A stretch of DNA of 64,000 bases from NCBI GenBank assembly GCA_963705505.1, contig CAVPJU010000001.1, positions 96,001-160,000 of the forward strand, read 5' to 3'. Origin of the DNA: an uncultured bacterium. GTDB taxonomy: Bacteria > Desulfobacterota_D > UBA1144 > Nemesobacterales > UBA2774. Both the position numbers and the translations under genes were made by a program. Within the stretch, counting starts at the first letter, position 1. Every line of letters starts with the position of its first letter. Under the pieces are notes generated by a model, which was not told where the DNA came from, ran no database searches, and saw only the letters and a list, made by a program, of their open reading frames with translations. Shown here piece by piece: positions 58,772-64,000 of this stretch.

Positions 58772-59403
58772 TGGCTTTCTTTGAAGAATATTCGGAGAGG
58801 CTTAACGAACAGCCTGTTCATATAAGGGTCGGGATACTGCTCCTGATTGTTGTCGTCATATCTCTCATTTACTGGTACTTCTTCTGGTCCCCAAAGGCCG
58901 AGGAGTTGAGTGGCGCCGAAAATAAGCTCAGGCAGGATCAGATGAAGATACATGAATACGAAGCAATTGCAGCCGAGCTGCCCAAGTTTGAAAAGGAGTA
59001 CAAGAGGCTCGACAGGGAGTTTCAGCTTGTGGCGCGCAAGCTGCCCAAGGATAAAGAGATTCCGGGGTTAATCGACGGGGTCTATTCCGAGATTGCCGCT
59101 TCGAATCTTGACTCGATAATTTTTGCACCGAAACCGCAGGTCACAAAGGAGATTTACGCGGAGATTCCGGTAGAGATGGAGGTCATCGGCACCTATTTTA
59201 ACCTGGCTGATTTCTTCGACCGTATATCCAGGCTCCCGAGGATAGTTAACGTAAGGGACCTTGTGCTTACGCGCAATACCATTCAGGGGGGGAATGTGAT
59301 ACTCAATGCGAAGTTTGACGTTGTCACGTTCAGGCTCCTGCCTCCGCAAGAGGTGCAGCCCCAGGATAGCAAGAAAACAAAAGGAAAGAAACGCGGGACA
59401 TAG
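58771..59403 (+). CDS. pilO: Type IV pilus assembly protein PilO
   Basis: LPKDKEIPGL, YAEIPV, FFDRISRLPRIVNV. Confidence 0.92.
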   Translation: MAFFEEYSERLNEQPVHIRVGILLLIVVVISLIYWYFFWSPKAEELSGAENKLRQDQMKIHEYEAIAAELPKFEKEYKRLDREFQLVARKLPKDKEIPGLIDGVYSEIAASNLDSIIFAPKPQVTKEIYAEIPVEMEVIGTYFNLADFFDRISRLPRIVNVRDLVLTRNTIQGGNVILNAKFDVVTFRLLPPQEVQPQDSKKTKGKKRGT

Positions 59404-59416
59404 AAGATATTAAGGA

Positions 59417-60088
59417 ATGCATGACGGAATGACGGGAAAAATGGCGGTATTTATAAGAATATTCATATTGTTGTTGCTTCTCACCTGTCCGCTTAGGGTT
59501 ACAAGTTCGCAGGAGCAGACGGCTCCTGCCGATGATACCCTGAAGCAGGGTTATAAGATAATTAAGGATGCCCGGGAAAATAAATCTGTTGCACCGGAAC
59601 AAAGTGAGGAGAAAACGGCAGGGGACGACGCTCAGCCGCCCCCTCAGAGCCCCGCCGAAACCGGAGAGGGTATCTCAAGCCCGGAGCAGCCCGCGGGGAC
59701 AGCCCCTATGACGGCTCAGGAGGAGAAGCCGCCCTATGATTCCACCGGCATGCGCGACCCCTTTAAGCCCTTTATTAAATTGGTAGATACCCCGGCAGGA
59801 ACAGCCGGCACCGTGCTGCGTCCTCCCATACAGAGGTACCCGTTAAACCAGTTCAGGATCGTCGGGATCGTATGGATAGGGGGCAAGCCTCAGGCCATGG
59901 TCGTGGACCCGGAAGCGAATACCTATTTCCTGGGTGTCGGGGACAAGATCGGAAACAGTGACGGGGAGATATTGGAAGTAAGGGAAAACGGAATCCTCGT
60001 ACAGGAAAAAACAAAGGTTGAAAACGTATACGGAGAGGTAAAGATCGAGGTAAAGCAATCTGTACTGGCGTTTCAGAACGAAGAATGA
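59417..60088 (+). CDS. pilP: Type IV pilus assembly protein PilP
   Basis: YDSTGMRDPFKP, PIQRYPLNQFRIVGI, AMVVDP, GDKIG. Confidence 0.88.
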   Translation: MHDGMTGKMAVFIRIFILLLLLTCPLRVTSSQEQTAPADDTLKQGYKIIKDARENKSVAPEQSEEKTAGDDAQPPPQSPAETGEGISSPEQPAGTAPMTAQEEKPPYDSTGMRDPFKPFIKLVDTPAGTAGTVLRPPIQRYPLNQFRIVGIVWIGGKPQAMVVDPEANTYFLGVGDKIGNSDGEILEVRENGILVQEKTKVENVYGEVKIEVKQSVLAFQNEE

Positions 60089-60138
60089 CGAGGGGAATTT
60101 GTATTAAGGAGGATGATTAAGTTAAGGAGGATGGTTTA

Positions 60139-62070
60139 ATGAGATTCCTGATCATATCAATCATGCTGCTTGGAATTTGTGTCCTCGTTTCGGGAACACG
60201 GGTTTATAGCGGGCAGCTGCAAAAAATAGACGACAATAATGAAACTTCAATCGAAGCGCCGGGAATTGTCGGTCCTGAAACAGTGAATAAGAATTCACCG
60301 GTCTATATTGCTCAGGCACAGACTGCTACGACGGCTATACCCCAGAACACCACGGCTAATATGCCCAACCCTTCCGATCAATATAACCATGTCGAGAGCA
60401 TAGGGTTTGAGGTTCAGCAGGGTATGGGGATAGTGACCGTGGGGACGACTTCGCCTGTCGAGTATGAGAGGCTCGCGGACGAAGATAAGAAGATCACACT
60501 TAAAATTAAAGACGTCATACTTGCCGATAAGTTCCAGGTATCAAGAGACGTCAGCGATTTCGACAGCCCCGTTAACTTCATTTCCTCCTTCAGGGACCCC
60601 ATAAAGCCCAATGACGTAATAATGGTCATAGAGCTCAAGGAGGACAAAGTGCCCGTGGATGTCGGTCAGAACGGAAACCTTATCACGCTCAACTTCGGGG
60701 AGACGCGTAAACAGGAGAAGATCGCTGCGGAGGAAGGGAAGGTCGAGGTCGCGGTGAAGCCCGAAGACCTCTATGCCTTCGATTTCAGGCTTACTTCCGT
60801 ACCCGGCGCGACGAAGACGTACAGGGGACAGCTCGTCTCTTTTGATTTCAAAGATGCGGATATCAGGGACGTGCTCAGGATTATTTCGGACATAAGCGGA
60901 TTGAACATGATAATTGCAAGGAACGTTACGGGCACTGTTACATTGAAGCTCACGAACGTCCCCTGGGACCAGGCGCTCGACGTGATTCTCGAGGACGCTG
61001 GTCTGGGTGCGTTCTTAGACGGGAACGTGCTTAGGGTTGCGCCTCTCGGCACGCTTCAGGCGAGGCAGAAGGCGGTAAAGAAAGCTGCGGAAACCAACGA
61101 GGAACTGGAGCCTCTCATCACGAAGCAGGTATTCGTCAACTATGCAAACGCCGAGGAGCTGATACCGCTCGTAGAGCCGCTATTGAGTGACAGAGGGGAG
61201 CTGAGGGTCGATATACGTACTAACAGCATACTCATTAACGATACCGGCGTAAGAGTGGCCCAGATCGAGGACCTTGTTTCGGACCTCGACACGAGAACGC
61301 CTCAGGTCCTGATAGAATCGCGTATCGTACAGGCCACACTAGATTTCACACGCGACCTCGGAGTACAGTGGGGCTTCGATTATACGGCTTCCGCGGCCAC
61401 GGGGAACCCGACAGGCGCGACTTTCCCGTCAAGCGTAGCAGTCGGCGGTTCCACGACAGGGAGCCCCTTCGGAACAACGGGTGATAATTTCATAGTCGAC
61501 CTGCCTGCCGCAGCCACTACCGGAGCGGGCGGAGTTCTGGGGATCGTTCTCGGCAGCTTAACCGGAGCATACGACCTCGACCTCAGGCTTTCGGCTCTCG
61601 AGCTGAGAGGAGAAGGCAGGGTACTGTCATCTCCGAAAGTACTCACGCTCGAAAATACACCGGCCAGGATCGAGCAGGGCGTTTCTATCCCGTTCCTCAG
61701 TGTCTCCGCTGCGGGCACACAGACGCAGTTCGTGGACGCAACGCTGAGTCTCGAGGTTACGCCGCAGGTCACTAACGATAACAGGATATTAATGAATATT
61801 GTAGTTACGGATAATTCACCCGATCCCACTTTGACCGGGGCAGGCGGTCAGCCAAGCATAAGGAGGAACGAGGCTACTACTCAGGTCCTCGCGAGCGACG
61901 GCGAGACTATAGTTATCGGCGGTATATTTACGAGAGAAGTAACAGATTCCGACAGCGGCATACCGTGGTTTTCGAGACTGCCGCTTGTCGGGTGGTTGTT
62001 CCAGCATAGCCTGACGAGAGATCAGCGGAGGGAGCTTATAGTTTTTATCACTCCGAGGATAGTCAGGTAA
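60139..62070 (+). CDS. pilQ: Type IV pilus secretin PilQ
   Basis: AMIN-like region, FDFKDADIRDVL, VPWDQALD, QVLIESRIV, IVIGGI, ELIVFITPRIV. Confidence 0.95.
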   Translation: MRFLIISIMLLGICVLVSGTRVYSGQLQKIDDNNETSIEAPGIVGPETVNKNSPVYIAQAQTATTAIPQNTTANMPNPSDQYNHVESIGFEVQQGMGIVTVGTTSPVEYERLADEDKKITLKIKDVILADKFQVSRDVSDFDSPVNFISSFRDPIKPNDVIMVIELKEDKVPVDVGQNGNLITLNFGETRKQEKIAAEEGKVEVAVKPEDLYAFDFRLTSVPGATKTYRGQLVSFDFKDADIRDVLRIISDISGLNMIIARNVTGTVTLKLTNVPWDQALDVILEDAGLGAFLDGNVLRVAPLGTLQARQKAVKKAAETNEELEPLITKQVFVNYANAEELIPLVEPLLSDRGELRVDIRTNSILINDTGVRVAQIEDLVSDLDTRTPQVLIESRIVQATLDFTRDLGVQWGFDYTASAATGNPTGATFPSSVAVGGSTTGSPFGTTGDNFIVDLPAAATTGAGGVLGIVLGSLTGAYDLDLRLSALELRGEGRVLSSPKVLTLENTPARIEQGVSIPFLSVSAAGTQTQFVDATLSLEVTPQVTNDNRILMNIVVTDNSPDPTLTGAGGQPSIRRNEATTQVLASDGETIVIGGIFTREVTDSDSGIPWFSRLPLVGWLFQHSLTRDQRRELIVFITPRIVR

Positions 62071-62105
62071 GAGCGAGTTGAAATATGACAGAGGAGGATG
62101 TATTG

Positions 62106-62665
62106 ATGAACAGGAAACTCACGGGGAAATTATTATTCCCCATAATCGTAATAGGGATATTCGCAGCGGGCGTGATCGCCATAAGCTGCGGAGGAGCTAA
62201 CCCGCCGTTTGCCCCGTTCGGCTCGACGGTCACGATACTCGATCCTCCGAGCGACGTCACGATTCCGGACAATTCCCTGACCACGACCTTGGTACAGGCT
62301 CAGAGTCCTGGGCCCCGACGGACAGCCTCTCAATGACGTGAGGGTTACATGGATTGCCTCGTTTGCCGGTCAGAATGATCTAGTCGTGGACACTAACGGA
62401 GACAACGTAGGTGACGCCAGAGCCGTTCAGCTGGCCGATGATCAAGCCTGCGAGCCTGCCAGTTGTTCACACACCCCGTTAAGTGAGTGGTTTTCGATGG
62501 GGGCTTTTGTCGATTCCCCGTTCGAGACTCTCACGGACAATCGCGGCATAGCCTTCGTAATAATTTTACTAAGCGGTGAGGACATAATCGACCCGGCGTT
62601 CCTGGAGGCATCGACTGACAGCGGCGTCTGTCGATGTAGTGGAGTTCACGGTTAACGTACCATAA
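62106..62665 (+). CDS. Putative lipoprotein with Ig-like (Big_1-like) domain, two apparent frameshifts
   Basis: Lipobox AISC; removing one base at ~62304 and one at ~62626 joins ORFs 62085 and 62338 into VQAQVLGPDGQPLNDVRVTW...VVEFTVNVP*. Confidence 0.6.
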
Positions 62666-62704
62666 AAGAGAAGCGCGTCTTTATACAAGGAGGGATGGAT
62701 TTTT

Positions 62705-63605
62705 ATGAGACTAAGAAACTTGTTTAAACATAAATCAATAAGGATATTATCAGTTGTATTGTTCTTTACTATAATGATCGGTTTTCAATATGCCTGTCTC
62801 GACGGTCTTAACGGTGACGGCTCGGGAGACCCAATAAACACGGCTATAATCGGCCTGAAAGCCAATCCGGATGCTCTCTTTGGCAATGCGAGTCGAAGAT
62901 TCTTTTATACAGGTAAATACCAATCTGGTACCTGACGGGACTCCAATCGATTTCGAAATTACCTTTTCACCCAGCGGCCTCAAGCCTGAGTCAAGGGGAT
63001 GCTTGTTCGAGAGCAGCGGAACAGTCGAAGGAGAAATGGCTTTTGTGAATTACCTGGCGGGTGTGCATAAAGGGGTCGGCGCGACGATCGAGGAGATAGC
63101 GGCGGATACAGCTACTGTACATATATCGGCTACGATACATCCCGTAGGCGGCGATGAGGAGAGCGATTTTCTTACCATGACACTCCGGGGTGTCGGGATA
63201 GTAGGGCCCGGTAATCAGGATATAACTGTTCCGAACCCGCTGGATTTGGAAGCGGAGGATGTATTTCTAACACTTATTTTCAATACGGTCGGGATCGAGC
63301 CCGGGACCATGGCTGAGGTATCTGTCAGTGATACTGCGCTTGGCTCATTAAATGATGGATCGAGTGATGTCTCTGTACCTGTTTTGGGAAGCTTGGAATC
63401 GGGGCAATTTGTAGTTCAATACAATGCATTTAGAGTTGGCGGGACACAAACTGTAACAGCAAGAATCCAGCTTCAAGTGCCGCCTGAGTTTGCCGCAATC
63501 TGCCCGTTACCTCCGGCGGACGATCTGCTTTTGGAAGCCGACGTCATTATTACTCAGTCGGTTGAAGCTCTCTCGCCGTCACCATCGCCGACACCGGGAC
63601 CTTAG
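62705..63605 (+). CDS. Putative acidic beta-rich lipoprotein with P/S/T tail, one apparent frameshift
   Basis: Signal ending QYAC; removing one base at ~62891 joins ORFs 62705 and 62871. Confidence 0.6.
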
Positions 63606-63907
63606 CCAACGCCGACATCCACAATGACACCTTGAGAATTTAGTTGGTATATAATGCGTCTCGAATCCTAGCTGATATTCCTGTCGGGAATGAGGGCGAT
63701 ATTTTACACGTACTCTGAAGCCTGAATATCCCTGATAGCAAGACCTTGGGCCTGTAATTGCATATCTTTTTCGATAGTATAGATTATTTCGTATAGTGGA
63801 CCGGAGTACCGATGCTTAAGTCCTGTATTCGTTATTTCAAATTTTGCGGATGACAGCGGCTAGGCAATCGATCGGTTGATTAAAGATTGAAAAGTCGGGA
63901 GGTCATC

Positions 63908-64000
63908 ATGACTAAACAGTTCAAAGTTATCGTTGAAAAGCATGCCGATGGCTACGTAGCCTACCCCATTGGTTTGAAGGGGATCGTTATTGGCGAGGGC
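63908..64000 (+). CDS. HicB-family antitoxin, N-terminal part (runs off window)
   Basis: GGGAGG RBS; MTKQFKVIVEKHADGYVAYPIGLKGIVIGEG. Confidence 0.7.
   Translation, partial: MTKQFKVIVEKHADGYVAYPIGLKGIVIGEG

Noticed and set aside
63603..63605. Pyrrolysine or stop-codon recoding at the in-frame TAG
   Set aside because: No pyl genes in the window, RF1 (prfA) is intact, and many genes here end normally at TAG.

Overview
Bacterial chromosomal segment with deltaproteobacterial-style gene order (pilB-pilT-pilC-pilS-pilR, zapA-ygfA-rny, merR-tRNA-Pro-surE). The lineage, possibly a Dadabacteria/Desulfobacterota-like genome, is inference only. Most of the window is housekeeping: htpG (partial), a MoxR/VWA pair, purU, prfA, rny, ppdK, glyQS, purM, trmFO, miaB and two tRNAs. 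Four regions stand out. (1) A polyhydroxyalkanoate locus with a class III/IV-type PhaC, two paralogous small PhaE/PhaR-like partners and a phasin-like gene. (2) A type IV pilus system split over two loci. pilB has sigma54 and sigma70 promoter candidates, a palindromic upstream site and a long leader. pilMNOPQ has a divergent GEMM/c-di-GMP-I-type riboswitch upstream and two unknown lipoproteins downstream. (3) A ~9.6 kb integrase-free island at the 3' end of tRNA-Phe, bounded by a 15-bp direct repeat. It encodes almost only exported proteins: duplicated DUF1134-like genes, a sulfatase, a HAD hydrolase, an octaheme cytochrome-TPR protein, a DUF2092-like protein and a Q/N-rich repeat protein. (4) A sigma54-type promoter and an unannotated small ORF ahead of a porin. 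Several single-base frameshifts suggest assembly errors. All family names come from my recognition of motifs, not from database searches.
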